From positions 67,263 to 131,262 of the forward strand of contig WVXK01000023.1 of the NCBI GenBank assembly GCA_011773515.1: a DNA stretch of 64,000 bases, read 5' to 3'. Positions within the stretch are counted from its first letter, which is position 1. Every line of letters starts with the position of its first letter. The DNA is from Deltaproteobacteria bacterium. Its GTDB lineage: Bacteria; Desulfobacterota; Deferrimicrobia; J040. Shown here piece after piece: positions 29,221-39,333 of the stretch. The position numbers and the translations under genes were made by a program. The notes under the pieces are model-generated. The model did no database searches and was not told the DNA's origin. It worked only from the letters and a program-made list of their open reading frames with translations.

Positions 29221-29757
29221 TTAAGCTTTCAATTCCACTCTGATTTTAAAAAGCATCATCCGGACGCCCCTCACTACCTTCCTCTCGGCTGACTGGAGCT
29301 CTATTTTTCCGAATTTTTCTGTGGCCCCGAGATTGTTCATGAAGTCGGCTACCACGTAGTTGTTGAGAGCGTAGCCCTGTATCTCCATGGACCGTCCAGA
29401 ATAATTCAGCCTCGAAATCCACGCCTTTTCAGGAACTGTCCGGGCGAGGGTATCCATGACAATAACAGGCGCCTTCCTCCCCCTCTGGAGATTTGCCACG
29501 ATATTCACTTTTTTCTGGAGCTCTTTTTTCTTTTGCTTGAACTTTTCAACTTCCCCGATCTGTTTTTGAAGTTGGGCTATTTCCTGCTTGGCTTTCTTTA
29601 TATCATCCTCGAGACGGGACACCTTTGCGACGAGAACTGTTTTGTGAAAGGAGAACAAAAGAAGTATGAAAGCGATGATTGAGAGAAAGAAGACAAGGTC
29701 GACATTGATCTTCTTCTTCCTTTTGCGCTTCTGTCTTATGAGATTGATCTTTATCAT
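29221..29757 (-). CDS. pilN: Type IV pilus assembly protein PilN
   Basis: 178 aa; N-terminal INLI motif (MIKINLIRQK) then TM and coiled coil. Confidence 0.85.
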   Translation of the reverse strand: MIKINLIRQKRKRKKKINVDLVFFLSIIAFILLLFSFHKTVLVAKVSRLEDDIKKAKQEIAQLQKQIGEVEKFKQKKKELQKKVNIVANLQRGRKAPVIVMDTLARTVPEKAWISRLNYSGRSMEIQGYALNNYVVADFMNNLGATEKFGKIELQSAERKVVRGVRMMLFKIRVELKA

Positions 29758-30815
29758 TACTTGTCTCCTGGTTTTCTCATTGACAACCCCGTGACAACTG
29801 TTGCCGCCGTACCGAAGTTTTTCACGTAATCTGGATTAACCGATGATTCATCGATCATGAGTCCTTCGAGGGGATCAAATATTTCCGCAGAAATGGAGAG
29901 CTTTTCCTCAATTAATTCCTTCAGGTGCCTGGCCCGGGCAGCCCCTCCTGCCAGGAAAACCTTCGTCACCAGCTTATCGGGATACGTGGCTGCGTAGAAG
30001 TTGTAGGACCTTTGCACTTCTGTCGCTATGATGCTGGACACATTCTTTACAACGGCATCCACCCGCTCCGGGTTGAAATCCTCCAGCTCCTCTCCCTTTT
30101 TCATATTCTCTGCAACACTGTATGAAACGCCAAACTGCCGCTGAATTTCATTGTTGTACATGGACCCGCCCATCGACACATCCCGGGTAAAGAGAGGGAT
30201 GCCCTCATCGAGAATGATGATGTTCATGAAGGAGGAGCCCAGATTGACCACCATGGGAAGTTGCTCGTCCGAGATTCCCGAGCAGGCCTCGAACGCGTTC
30301 CCAACGGCTATTGAATCCACACCGATTATCGATGGGACGAGCCCTGCCTCTCTTATCACCGACACGTATTCCTCAACGAGATCGTTTTTCGCGGCAACGA
30401 GCAAAACGTCCATCCGGGTTGGATCGTCCCGCAGTGGCCCGATGACCTGAAAATCTATCTTCACATCCTTGACTTCAAAGGGTATGTACTGCTCTACCTC
30501 CCACTGAATTGATTCTTCGAGGTCCTCAGGGGTTGTCGTCGGCAGAACAACCTTTTTTATGATAACTGAATGTCCTTCAATCGACGCCGCAACGTATTTG
30601 TCCCGAATACCGAGATCGGCAAAGCCGTTCTTTATCGTTTCCACCACCGTGCTGTGGTCCATGATCGCCCCATCGACGACGGTATCCGGAGAGAGGGGAA
30701 AAACACCGAATTTCTGAACCTGAAACGAAACTCCCATCTCCTTCAACTTCATGATCTTGATACTCGACGATCCGATGTCCAATCCCACAAGCTCTTTTTT
30801 TCCGAATAGATTCAT
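29757..30815 (-). CDS. pilM: Type IV pilus assembly protein PilM (actin-like ATPase fold)
   Basis: 352 aa; ..LVGLDIGSSSIKIMKL.. with an FtsA/actin-like fold; the stop overlaps the pilN start. Confidence 0.9.
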   Translation of the reverse strand: MNLFGKKELVGLDIGSSSIKIMKLKEMGVSFQVQKFGVFPLSPDTVVDGAIMDHSTVVETIKNGFADLGIRDKYVAASIEGHSVIIKKVVLPTTTPEDLEESIQWEVEQYIPFEVKDVKIDFQVIGPLRDDPTRMDVLLVAAKNDLVEEYVSVIREAGLVPSIIGVDSIAVGNAFEACSGISDEQLPMVVNLGSSFMNIIILDEGIPLFTRDVSMGGSMYNNEIQRQFGVSYSVAENMKKGEELEDFNPERVDAVVKNVSSIIATEVQRSYNFYAATYPDKLVTKVFLAGGAARARHLKELIEEKLSISAEIFDPLEGLMIDESSVNPDYVKNFGTAATVVTGLSMRKPGDK

Positions 30816-30825
30816 CGTTCACCAC

Positions 30826-31074
30826 CTATTCTTCTTCATCAAAGCCAAAAACCTTATTCTTATCGGAGAGCTTCAATCCGAGGGCAAGTATTATTTTCCG
30901 CTTGGTATCCATTCTGCACCGCATACCCTTTTCGATCCTGTCTATGGTGAGCACCGACACGCTCGCCCGTCTCGCGAGTTCTGCCTTACTCATGAGTTGG
31001 CTCTCCCGTATCTTCTTTACGTTGTTCTTTTCACTATATTTTTGACTTTCCATTTCTCTTTTCATTTTCCCCAC
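30826..31074 (-). CDS. XRE-family helix-turn-helix transcriptional regulator
   Basis: ..ESQLMSKAELARRASVSVLTIDRIEKGMR.. is an HTH_XRE signature; ~80 aa. The start is more likely the ATG at 31065. Confidence 0.75.
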   Translation of the reverse strand: MGKMKREMESQKYSEKNNVKKIRESQLMSKAELARRASVSVLTIDRIEKGMRCRMDTKRKIILALGLKLSDKNKVFGFDEEE

Positions 31075-31171
31075 TTTTTACCTTAATCGGTTTCTTTTTA
31101 GAAAATCTTAACCTTCTTAGATTTTATGTCAAGTTTTTTTTAAGTGATGTGTAATTTATACATAATTTTAA

Positions 31172-32542
31172 TCAATTTATATCATATTCTTTAATTTTAT
31201 ACAAAAGTGCAGGATGCGATATTCCGAGGATTTTTGCCGCAAGGGGTTTTCTTCCTTCCGTCTTCCTCAGGGCCTTTTTGATCATGTCCATCTCAAGCTC
31301 TTTAATGGCCTCCTTCAACGTTATCTTTTCAGGATCAAAATCCATAAAAGTAACGACACTTTCTTTTTTTATCTGTTCGCCAGGACCCTCCAGATATTTC
31401 GGGGTTATGATCTCCGTTTCTGCCATGACAACGGCTCGCTCGACAACGTTTTCCAGCTCCCTTACATTTCCCGGCCAATCGTATTCGGTCATCAACCTGA
31501 ACGCCTCCTCGGAGAATCCTTTTATTTTCTTATCGACTTTTTGAGAGAAAATGTTAACGAAATGTTCGACCAGGGTAATTATATCTTCCTTTCGTTCCCT
31601 GAGTGGGGGCATATGAATTACTAGCTTGTTGAGCCTGTAAAAGAGATCTTCCCGGAAACTGCCCCTCGCAACCTCCTCATTTAACTTCTTTGACGTTGCA
31701 GCAATCACCCTTACGTCAACTGAACGGCTTTCTGTATCCCCCACACGTCGTATTTCCCCCTCCTGAAGAAATCTGAGCAGCTTCGCCTGAACAGGCATCG
31801 ACAGCTCCGGAATTTCATCGAGGAACAGGGTTCCCCCGTCCGCCTCCTCGATGAGGCCCTTCTTGTCGTGCTGGGCATCGGTAAAAGCCCCCTTCTTGTA
31901 TCCGAAGAGCTCCGTTTCGATAAGGTTCTCAGGAAGCGCGGCACAATTTACGGGAACGAAAACGCCCCTCTTTCTTTCACCACTGAAGTGGAGCGCTCTC
32001 GCCACCAGCTCCTTCCCCGTACCCGACTCTCCGGTGATCAATACCGAAACATCATAATCCCTGCCTTTCTCGACGAGGGAAAAGACCTCTTCCATCGGTT
32101 TGCTTCTCCCGATAATCCCTTCAAAGGAGTATTTCCTCTCCAGTTCCCTCTTCAGTCTCTCGTTCTCCTCCCGCAGCGCCCTCTCGTCGAGGGCTTTCTT
32201 GATGATGACGAGGATTTCATCTATGTCGAAAGGCTTCGAAACATAGTAGTACGCCCCTTTCTTGACTGCCTTGATAACGGTCTTGATCGTTCCAAATGCA
32301 GACATCATTATGATGATAGACTTTATGCCTCTTTCTTTTGCATTTTCAAGGAACTCCATTCCGTCCATCTCGGGCATTTTTATATCTGCCAGCACAAGGT
32401 CGCAGGGATCAGACTCGAGGATTGCAAGACCCTCTTTCCCGTTCTCCGCAGTCCTTACTTGGAAGCCTTCCTTTTCAAGAACCCTTTTCAGGACATCCCG
32501 CACGTTCACCTCATCATCCATGACAAGAATTTTGTACTTCAA
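31172..32542 (-). CDS. pilR: Sigma-54-dependent response regulator, PilR-like (REC, AAA+ and Fis-type HTH domains)
   Basis: MKYKILVMDDE..; Walker A GESGTGKE; GAFTGA loop (here GAFTDA); [12 protein letters not shown]; C-terminal HTH. Downstream of the pilS-like kinase. Confidence 0.85.
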   Translation of the reverse strand: MKYKILVMDDEVNVRDVLKRVLEKEGFQVRTAENGKEGLAILESDPCDLVLADIKMPEMDGMEFLENAKERGIKSIIIMMSAFGTIKTVIKAVKKGAYYYVSKPFDIDEILVIIKKALDERALREENERLKRELERKYSFEGIIGRSKPMEEVFSLVEKGRDYDVSVLITGESGTGKELVARALHFSGERKRGVFVPVNCAALPENLIETELFGYKKGAFTDAQHDKKGLIEEADGGTLFLDEIPELSMPVQAKLLRFLQEGEIRRVGDTESRSVDVRVIAATSKKLNEEVARGSFREDLFYRLNKLVIHMPPLRERKEDIITLVEHFVNIFSQKVDKKIKGFSEEAFRLMTEYDWPGNVRELENVVERAVVMAETEIITPKYLEGPGEQIKKESVVTFMDFDPEKITLKEAIKELEMDMIKKALRKTEGRKPLAAKILGISHPALLYKIKEYDIN

Positions 32543-32599
32543 TTTTCACCCCCCGCTTTCCTTCGTAAAAATTCAGCAAAAAGTAGTTTCCCTGCAAGG

Positions 32600-34210
32600 T
32601 CACCGCTTCGCAGATATTGGCAGGTAAACCCGGAACAGGGATCCCTTCCCTTCGGCGCTCTCGAAAGATACATACCCGTCGTAGGAATCAAGGATGGCCG
32701 TGGTAACCGATAATCCGAGCCCCGTTCCTTTTCCTGGATCCTTCGTCGTAAAGAAAGGATCGAAGATTTTATCCTTCTCCTCCTCTTTGATTCCTGTCCC
32801 CGTGTCAGCAATTTCAACAACGACGAAGCGGTCTGCCCATCTCTCCTTGCGAATCCCCCTGTTCATCCTCATACGTGCATAGTTAATCTCGGGGGGATCG
32901 GTCCTCCTTCTCCTGACCTGCTGAACCGATTCTTTTCCGGCTTCTCTCTTTTCAAGATAGGTTCGAATGGTCAGCGTCCCACCCCCGGGCATCGCGTCTA
33001 CCCCGTTCATGAAGAGGTTCAAGAGAACCTGCCTGAGCTTGCCGGGGTCGATGGAAGCTTTTGGCACGTCATCAAATTTCTTATCAATCGTGATTCTTTC
33101 GAAAATCTTCCTGTAGGAGAGCGATCGAATGATGTCCCCGATAATCTCGATGACATCAGCCTCCTCGACTTTACGGACGCCGATACGGGAGTGGGCAAGG
33201 AGTTCCCTCAATATCCCTTCGATTCTCCCCGATTCATCATGAACCCTCCCGAGACAATCTCTCTGCTCGTCGCTTAACTCGGTATTTCTCAACATGTGTG
33301 CAACATATCCCTTGATTGCCATGAGGGGATTTCCCACCTCATGCGCTATCCCCGAGGAAAGCCTCCCTATCGTAGCCATTTTTTCAGCCCGGATAACCTG
33401 GGCACGGGACAGCTTCAACTCTTCGTTCGTTTTCTCCAGGGCATCAACCATTTCCTCCAGGTCCCTTCGATGTCCCTCCAGCAGGTCAAGTGCATTGTTC
33501 AGGGCTTCCCCAAACCGTCCCAGTTCATTTGGCGGCATGTCCCTGACCCGCGTGTCCCTGTCCCCCCCTTCAATTTTCCCAACCACCTCGATGAGATCGG
33601 ACAGGGGAAGGGCAATTTTTTTTCTGAAAACAAAATAGGCAAAGAAGAAAAGAACGAGGACATACAGAAAAGATGTTGCCCCCACGATCGAACCCACTCT
33701 GCTAAAATCTCCGGGTCCCTGCAAATCGAATTCAAAGGCGTATATCTGCCCTGCCCCCTCCGACAGGAAAACGGGTATGAGGATCTCACCTCTTTTCCCC
33801 CGGGAGCGCGAGATTGCGCGCCCTGCAAAGAGAGCCCTCTTTTCACTATCTTTCAGCCATGGCGCTTGGCTTTCCCCGAGCACGGTATCAGCCGGAATTT
33901 TCCTGCCTCTAAAACCCGGATAGGAACTGCCAATCTGTTCCGAAAAGAGCAAAACTCCCGCATCGCCTTCGGCCCTGAATATCTCATGAACCGACGAGTT
34001 GAGTGATTCTGTGAGGAGGGTAAGGAACCCGGCCGTGTAATTCCGCCACATCAAACCGGTTGCGTAACTGAAAAGCAAGAGCTGGAACAAAAGAGCCGTT
34101 GAAAAGATGATGGCGAGGGCAACAGGGATACCCTTCCTTATACCGAGGGTCTTTCCGCTTTCCTTAATGCCCGGCAAATCTATATAGCCCCCTTGATGAA
34201 AGAAGACCAA
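32600..34210 (-). CDS. pilS: Sensor histidine kinase, PilS-like (2 TM, periplasmic sensor, HAMP, HisKA, HATPase_c)
   Basis: H-box IAHEVGNPLMAIKGY; N-box LLNLFMNGVDAM; G1 VEIADTGTGI; G2 GKGTGLGLS. An Arg-rich insertion of ~35 aa sits between the N and G1 boxes. Confidence 0.85.
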   Translation of the reverse strand: MVFFHQGGYIDLPGIKESGKTLGIRKGIPVALAIIFSTALLFQLLLFSYATGLMWRNYTAGFLTLLTESLNSSVHEIFRAEGDAGVLLFSEQIGSSYPGFRGRKIPADTVLGESQAPWLKDSEKRALFAGRAISRSRGKRGEILIPVFLSEGAGQIYAFEFDLQGPGDFSRVGSIVGATSFLYVLVLFFFAYFVFRKKIALPLSDLIEVVGKIEGGDRDTRVRDMPPNELGRFGEALNNALDLLEGHRRDLEEMVDALEKTNEELKLSRAQVIRAEKMATIGRLSSGIAHEVGNPLMAIKGYVAHMLRNTELSDEQRDCLGRVHDESGRIEGILRELLAHSRIGVRKVEEADVIEIIGDIIRSLSYRKIFERITIDKKFDDVPKASIDPGKLRQVLLNLFMNGVDAMPGGGTLTIRTYLEKREAGKESVQQVRRRRTDPPEINYARMRMNRGIRKERWADRFVVVEIADTGTGIKEEEKDKIFDPFFTTKDPGKGTGLGLSVTTAILDSYDGYVSFESAEGKGSLFRVYLPISAKR

Positions 34211-34376
34211 AACGAAACATAAACAGTTCTGCTCCAGAGTATTCTACAAATTCGACTCACCTGCATCAAGCAGGAAAAGGGGTTGCAGAACCAGCCTACC
34301 TTATAAGATCTAAACGTTACTGTATTTTACGCCCAGACTTGTCGATGAACTCAGAAAGAGCTAAAGCGGAGGAGCC

Positions 34377-34949
34377 ATGAAACCACAGAGAGGGAAAAAC
34401 CGAAGAAAGAAGTTTTACATAGACAGGGAGATCCAGATGGGGATCACTGTCAGGTTTCTTGCTATTTTCCTCGCCTTCATCTTCCTGACCACCTGTGCCG
34501 TATTCATTCCATCGTCGATCAAACTCTTGAGCCATGCGCCCGCCGAAGAGCTCATCCAGCCGGCACAGGAGTTTCTGATCCTGAAAAGCAGGGTGTGGCC
34601 GATGGCATTGGTCGTAATGCTTGCGGCGGTGGTGTACACCGTAATTTTTTCTCACAGAATCGCGGGACCCATTCAGCGATTGAACTCCGAGCTGAGGAAC
34701 ATTATTTCCGGAAACTACCCGGAAAGAATACGGTTGAGGAAAAAAGATTATTTCAAGGAAACGGCATCGCTGCTCGAGGAGCTCTCGCAAGAAATGGAGG
34801 CAGGAAGGAACCGCCCTTTTTCTATAGATGCGGCTGACATTGAAAAACAGATCGAAAAGATCAAAAGATCCATCCTGGAGTCGCAGGCCGATAAGGAAGT
34901 GCTCGATGAGCTGGATACGGTGCGATCAATGCTGAAGGGCCAAAAATGA
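34377..34949 (+). CDS. Membrane protein with two TM helices and a HAMP domain, no output domain
   Basis: TM1 ITVRFLAIFLAFIFLTT, TM2 WPMALVVMLAAVVYTVIF, then HAMP (HRIAGPIQRLNSELRNIISGNYPERI..ASLLEELSQEM) and a coiled coil. GGAGGAG RBS before the ATG; the stop overlaps the next gene's start (ATGA). Confidence 0.65.
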   Translation: MKPQRGKNRRKKFYIDREIQMGITVRFLAIFLAFIFLTTCAVFIPSSIKLLSHAPAEELIQPAQEFLILKSRVWPMALVVMLAAVVYTVIFSHRIAGPIQRLNSELRNIISGNYPERIRLRKKDYFKETASLLEELSQEMEAGRNRPFSIDAADIEKQIEKIKRSILESQADKEVLDELDTVRSMLKGQK

Positions 34950-35335
34950 TCTTGAGATTTCGGGGAGAAAAATCAAAAAAGGGATTCACCATCATCGAGC
35001 TGTCGATCGTGCTCGTGATAACGGGAATACTTGCAACGCTGGCAGTGACCACGTACTCTGCGCTGACAAAGAAGGCAAAAAGGGTCCAGGCAAAAATTGC
35101 ACTGAAACAGCTTGCCAAGGCCGAGTATATTTATTTCTCAGAACACGACAGCTATACCGACGATTCCACCGTGCTTGACTTCGATCCCATAGTGTATGAC
35201 TATTACACGATCACCGTTGAGGCATCGCAGCATGACTTCACGGGAAAAGCGGAGGGGAACCTGGACTCTGACAGCACTCTCGATACCTGGGTAATCCACA
35301 AAGACGGAAATCCCGTTTCCCTTATCCTCGATTAG
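34946..35335 (+). CDS. Type IV pilin-like protein (prepilin with class III signal peptide)
   Basis: MILRFRGEKSKKG|FTIIELSIVLVITGILATLAV.. is a canonical G/FTxIE prepilin N-terminus; 129 aa. Confidence 0.8.
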   Translation: MILRFRGEKSKKGFTIIELSIVLVITGILATLAVTTYSALTKKAKRVQAKIALKQLAKAEYIYFSEHDSYTDDSTVLDFDPIVYDYYTITVEASQHDFTGKAEGNLDSDSTLDTWVIHKDGNPVSLILD

Positions 35336-35337
35336 CG

Positions 35338-36102
35338 CTAGAAGGAAAAAAATTGGATGGCGAAGCTCCGGAGGATGATATCGGAAATAACCGCTCCCCC
35401 GGCCAGGAAAGGGCCAAAAGGAACGGCCGTTTTCAAGTCGCCCTTTTCTTTCACCATGAGGTACACGCCGAACAGCGTGCCAATCACCGACCCGATGAAA
35501 ATAGTTAAAATTGCCCCCTTGTAACCTGTAAACGCACCAACCATCCCGAGCAGTTTTATATCTCCACCGCCAAGGCCCTCTCTCTTGGTTATTCCTTCGT
35601 AGATAAGTGCCGTGAAATAGAGAATTCCACCCCCAACGACTATCCCGGTTGCCGAAAATTTCCATCCCTTGCCAAGGAGAAAAGAGACGATGAAAAAGCC
35701 CGCCACAAGACCTCCCAGGCTCAGGGTGTCCGGAATAATTCTCTTGTCGATATCGATGAAGGTCACCACGAACAGGATGGAGTAAAAAAGAAGATCCCTC
35801 AGGAGGAGAAAGGTTATTCCGTCGAACCGGTAGGCGAGAAAAAAAATGAGACCGGTGCACAGTTCCACAAAGGGGTACCTGGAGGAAATTCGAACTCCGC
35901 AGTTCCTGCATCTGCCCTTGAGAAGCAGATAACTGAGAATTGGAACGTTGTCCCTTGCCTGGATCTTGCTTTCACACGACGGGCACGATGAAGGGGGTCT
36001 GACGATCGACCTGCCCTCAGGCAGCCGGTGAATAATCACGTTGTAAAAACTGCCCATCACCGTACCGAGAAGAAAAAAGAAAAGAGAGGTTAGGCTTTCC
36101 AT
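35338..36102 (-). CDS. pilD: Prepilin peptidase (A24 family) PilD
   Basis: N-terminal zinc-binding CxxC pairs (CPSCESKI..CRNCGVRI), a multi-TM body and catalytic Asp motifs (..IDKRIIPD.., ..GGGDIKLLG..). Confidence 0.9.
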   Translation of the reverse strand: MESLTSLFFFLLGTVMGSFYNVIIHRLPEGRSIVRPPSSCPSCESKIQARDNVPILSYLLLKGRCRNCGVRISSRYPFVELCTGLIFFLAYRFDGITFLLLRDLLFYSILFVVTFIDIDKRIIPDTLSLGGLVAGFFIVSFLLGKGWKFSATGIVVGGGILYFTALIYEGITKREGLGGGDIKLLGMVGAFTGYKGAILTIFIGSVIGTLFGVYLMVKEKGDLKTAVPFGPFLAGGAVISDIILRSFAIQFFSF

Positions 36103-37259
36103 GCCCCTGCCTCGAGGAGCTTCCGGTAGAGTTCCCGGTGTTTTCTCACCATCTCCTTCTCTGAAAACTCGCTGATAAGATCCTCCTTCCCCTTTTCGAG
36201 GGCTTCCCTCTTTATCTCACCTTCACGCGCACGGATGATTCTTTCCGCTGCCTCAGAGGGAGAACGCACATCGATAAGAAAGCCGTTTACCCCATCCTCG
36301 ACCACCTCTGCCGTGCCGTCCACCGCAGTGGAAACGACAGGAACGCCGGCAATCAGAGCCTGAGGAATAACCTTCGGAAGCCCCTCCCACAGTGAGGTCA
36401 AAACCAGGGCATCAAAGGCAGCGATCACATCCCGGATGTTTTCCACCCACCCCGGCAATAAAAAATTATTCCCGAGACCCAAGTCCAGGATATTTTTCAT
36501 GATCTCGGAGCCCATTTCACCATCTCCAACCATCACGTATCTGAAGTCGTATCCTTTCTCTTTCAGCACATTTGCCATCTTCACAAAATCAAGCGGGGAT
36601 TTTTGAGGCTTGAAACAGGCCACCATCCCCACGGTAAACTTATCATCCTCGAGACCCAGAATCTCCCTGCCCCTCTCCCGTGAGGGGTTTCCAAATTCCT
36701 CCGTGTTGAAACCGGATCTGATCAGCACTGTCTTGCCCGCGTCAAATATCCCGAGTCCAATGCCCCGCCTACCATTGTCTTCGGAAACGAGGACGAAGTA
36801 ATCGGTGATACGCCCTACAATCCGTTCCACCATAATAAAGATCCGCCTTGCCAGGGATGATTGGAGGGGGTTGAAACCGAAACCGTGAACCGTATGGATG
36901 ATAATCTCACACCCTGCCATAGCCGCGGCAACCCTTCCCACTATGCCTGCTTTCGAGCTGTGTGTATGAACGATAACCGGTTGTTTGGGAGACATCTTTT
37001 TCAGCTTCCTCAAGATGCGGAAAATCTTGAGCAGGGACACGGCATCCCAGAGCGGTTTGATCTCCCGGACGAGCTCTTTTACCTGATAAAAGGTGAGCCC
37101 TTCGATTCTTTCCGCCCTTCCGTCGAGCATGCCCCCTTTTCCGGAAATCAGATGCACCTCGAAGAGGTCCCGGTCAGCCATTTCACAGTTGATGAGCGTA
37201 TTTTCCTGGGCCCCGCCGAGTTCCAGCAGGGTTATGATATGAACGAGTTTTGCCTTCAT
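36090..37259 (-). CDS. Glycosyltransferase family 4 (GT-B, group 1)
   Basis: ORF track gives 36090..37385, but the canonical GT4 N-terminus [18 protein letters not shown] begins at 37259, abutting the upstream stop. C-terminal EGLPKVIPQALIAGVPVVSTAVDGTAEVV motif. Confidence 0.85.
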   Translation of the reverse strand: MKAKLVHIITLLELGGAQENTLINCEMADRDLFEVHLISGKGGMLDGRAERIEGLTFYQVKELVREIKPLWDAVSLLKIFRILRKLKKMSPKQPVIVHTHSSKAGIVGRVAAAMAGCEIIIHTVHGFGFNPLQSSLARRIFIMVERIVGRITDYFVLVSEDNGRRGIGLGIFDAGKTVLIRSGFNTEEFGNPSRERGREILGLEDDKFTVGMVACFKPQKSPLDFVKMANVLKEKGYDFRYVMVGDGEMGSEIMKNILDLGLGNNFLLPGWVENIRDVIAAFDALVLTSLWEGLPKVIPQALIAGVPVVSTAVDGTAEVVEDGVNGFLIDVRSPSEAAERIIRAREGEIKREALEKGKEDLISEFSEKEMVRKHRELYRKLLEAGAWKA

Positions 37260-38266
37260 CAGAGGGTCATGTCTATCTTTTTCAACCATAGGGCCGTACC
37301 GGCGAATACCATCGCGTTTAAAAACAGAAAGAACAGCGCCATAAAGATGCCGGAAAGCATTATCGCAATCCCAAAGATGCCGCATATGATCGATGCTCCG
37401 TAGCTAAACAGCACCGTCTGCCTCACGCTCAGCCTCCATTTTCTCAGGCGGAGGGCAAAGTGATCCTTGCTGCCTTTGAATATCGACTCGCTTCTCCTGA
37501 GCCGGATGTAGGACACAAAGAACGTGTCAAAGAGAGGTACGCCGAATATGATAGCGGGCACGATAACAGCCAAGTAATTATGGGTTGCATACTGACCTAT
37601 CATTGAAAAAGCACCGAGTAAAAAGCCGAGCAGCAGGCTTCCACAATCCCCCATGAATATGGAGGCAGGGTTGAAATTATACGGCAGAAAACCCAAACAC
37701 GCACCCGCCAGGGCCAGGGAAAGGACACAGATTCCCATGTTCCCGTTTATCGCTGAGACGATGAACATGAACATGGCGCAAATAGAGCCGATCCCTACCG
37801 ATAGCCCATCCATGACATCTATGATGTTGAAGGCGTTGATCAACAGTAACATCCACAAGAAAGTCAAGAGCACCTGGAGAAAGGCGGGGATAAAGACTAT
37901 CTCGACCCTTATTCCCGATTTGATGAGGACGTATATGGCTATGAACTCACCCGTCAGCTTTGCACCCGGGCTGAGACGGCCGAGATCATCGATCAGGCCG
38001 ACCAAAACGATAATGCTCCCTCCGAGCAGTATCCCCAGGATGTTGGAGTCGAACCTGTATACGAGAGAAATACCGATGAGGAAGGACAGGTAAATGGAAA
38101 GACCCCCGAAATAGGGGATCGCTTCTCTATGCGTCTTCAGCAGTTCATCGGGTGCATCCACCACACCGAAACGCTTTGCCGCATCGCGTGCGACGGGGGT
38201 GGTGTAGAAGGAAACGAGAAAGGATATGATAAAGGTAAAGAACAGTATTGTCGGCGACAGGGTCAC
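37259..38266 (-). CDS. wecA: UDP-HexNAc:undecaprenyl-phosphate HexNAc-1-phosphate transferase (WecA/MraY-type initiating transferase)
   Basis: 335 aa polytopic protein with DDxxG (LIDDLGRLS) and [12 protein letters not shown] motifs; GTG start overlaps the upstream stop. Confidence 0.85.
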   Translation of the reverse strand: MTLSPTILFFTFIISFLVSFYTTPVARDAAKRFGVVDAPDELLKTHREAIPYFGGLSIYLSFLIGISLVYRFDSNILGILLGGSIIVLVGLIDDLGRLSPGAKLTGEFIAIYVLIKSGIRVEIVFIPAFLQVLLTFLWMLLLINAFNIIDVMDGLSVGIGSICAMFMFIVSAINGNMGICVLSLALAGACLGFLPYNFNPASIFMGDCGSLLLGFLLGAFSMIGQYATHNYLAVIVPAIIFGVPLFDTFFVSYIRLRRSESIFKGSKDHFALRLRKWRLSVRQTVLFSYGASIICGIFGIAIMLSGIFMALFFLFLNAMVFAGTALWLKKIDMTL

Positions 38267-39333
38267 TTCATCCCCTCCGTGTAAATCGAGACAAGCCGGT
38301 CGCCGATTTTCTCCAGGTCGTACCCTTTTTCAACGGTTCTCCTTCCCTCACTCCCCAATCGCGCGCGCAGCTCTTCATCCTCGATGAGCACCTTCAACTT
38401 TTCGTACCACTCCTTATTTGAATTCGCGAGAAACCCATTGACCCCGTCGGATATTATCTCACGGTTCACGCCGACGGGAGATGCTACGACGGGAACACCC
38501 GCGGCCATATACTGGAGTATCTTCAGACCACATTTTCCGCGGGAAAAGGGGTTATCCACGAGGGGCATAATGCCGATATCGAAAGAGCTCAGGGTCTCGG
38601 CCTCACTATCAAGATCCCATTTCACAAATGTCGTAGGCACTTTGTTTGCGGGTTTTCTTGCCGACACGATCACCAACTCACAACGATACTCAGAAAATAT
38701 TCTCTTGAACGCAGCCGTTACAATATCGACATGATGGAAATTATAGGGCAGCCCGATCCACCCTATTTTCAACCTTCCATCTACAGCATGGTTTTTCTTC
38801 TGTACATATTTTTTCGTATCCACACAGGTTGGAACAAGGGCTGTTTTTTCATTGAACCTCCTCGCATAATCTTCCAGGTATCTGTTGCCGATAATCACCT
38901 TAGTTGCCATCTTTATCGTGGCAGGGTATTTCATCCTTCTACCGCGGGAAAGGAAAATCGCATCATCGAATTCGAGAATATACCCTCCCTTCAGAACTCT
39001 TATCAAAATTTCGAACACCGGCGGTAAACACGGAAAATATTCCCTCTCAATGGCCACGATATCAGCGTTAATAACGTGTCGAAAATCGATTATTCTTTTA
39101 AAAAAAGCTTTGATTCCCAGAATTCCCTTCAGTAGATATTTCGTGAATCCATTTTTTCCTTCAGCGAGGAGATATGAATCGGAAAAAGCAGGAATAATCT
39201 TGATTTCATGACCCCTCTTTTCGAACCAGTCCCTAAACTGATATATACGGTATCTGCTTGCAGGGCCGAGAATACTAGTCTTTGATAGGTAGATGATTCT
39301 CAACGCCCCTCCTCTATCCTTCCATGATATCAA
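38263..39333 (-). CDS. Glycosyltransferase family 1 (GT-B)
   Basis: 356 aa; C-terminal ..[32 protein letters not shown].. nucleotide-sugar-binding motif. Confidence 0.8.
   Translation of the reverse strand: MISWKDRGGALRIIYLSKTSILGPASRYRIYQFRDWFEKRGHEIKIIPAFSDSYLLAEGKNGFTKYLLKGILGIKAFFKRIIDFRHVINADIVAIEREYFPCLPPVFEILIRVLKGGYILEFDDAIFLSRGRRMKYPATIKMATKVIIGNRYLEDYARRFNEKTALVPTCVDTKKYVQKKNHAVDGRLKIGWIGLPYNFHHVDIVTAAFKRIFSEYRCELVIVSARKPANKVPTTFVKWDLDSEAETLSSFDIGIMPLVDNPFSRGKCGLKILQYMAAGVPVVASPVGVNREIISDGVNGFLANSNKEWYEKLKVLIEDEELRARLGSEGRRTVEKGYDLEKIGDRLVSIYTEGMK

Noticed and set aside
31868-32713. Plus-strand 281-aa ORF and the plus ORFs at 33296..34006, 39324..39884, 42356..43144, 17901..18647 and 18741..19421
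   Set aside because: Each is antisense to a gene with unambiguous family motifs (pilR, pilS, heptosyltransferase, tandem GT2, LplA-like/accC) and is interpreted as a shadow ORF.
34211-34376. Possible sigma-54 promoter (AGGAAA-N5-TTGCA) in the pilS / HAMP-gene divergent region
   Set aside because: The -24 element lacks the conserved TGGCAC core apart from the GG, so the match is too weak to call.
35138-35911. Minus-strand 257-aa ORF overlapping pilD in another frame
   Set aside because: The pilD frame carries the A24 peptidase motifs, and this alternative frame is Arg/Trp/Gly-rich, typical of an off-frame read through GC-rich codons.
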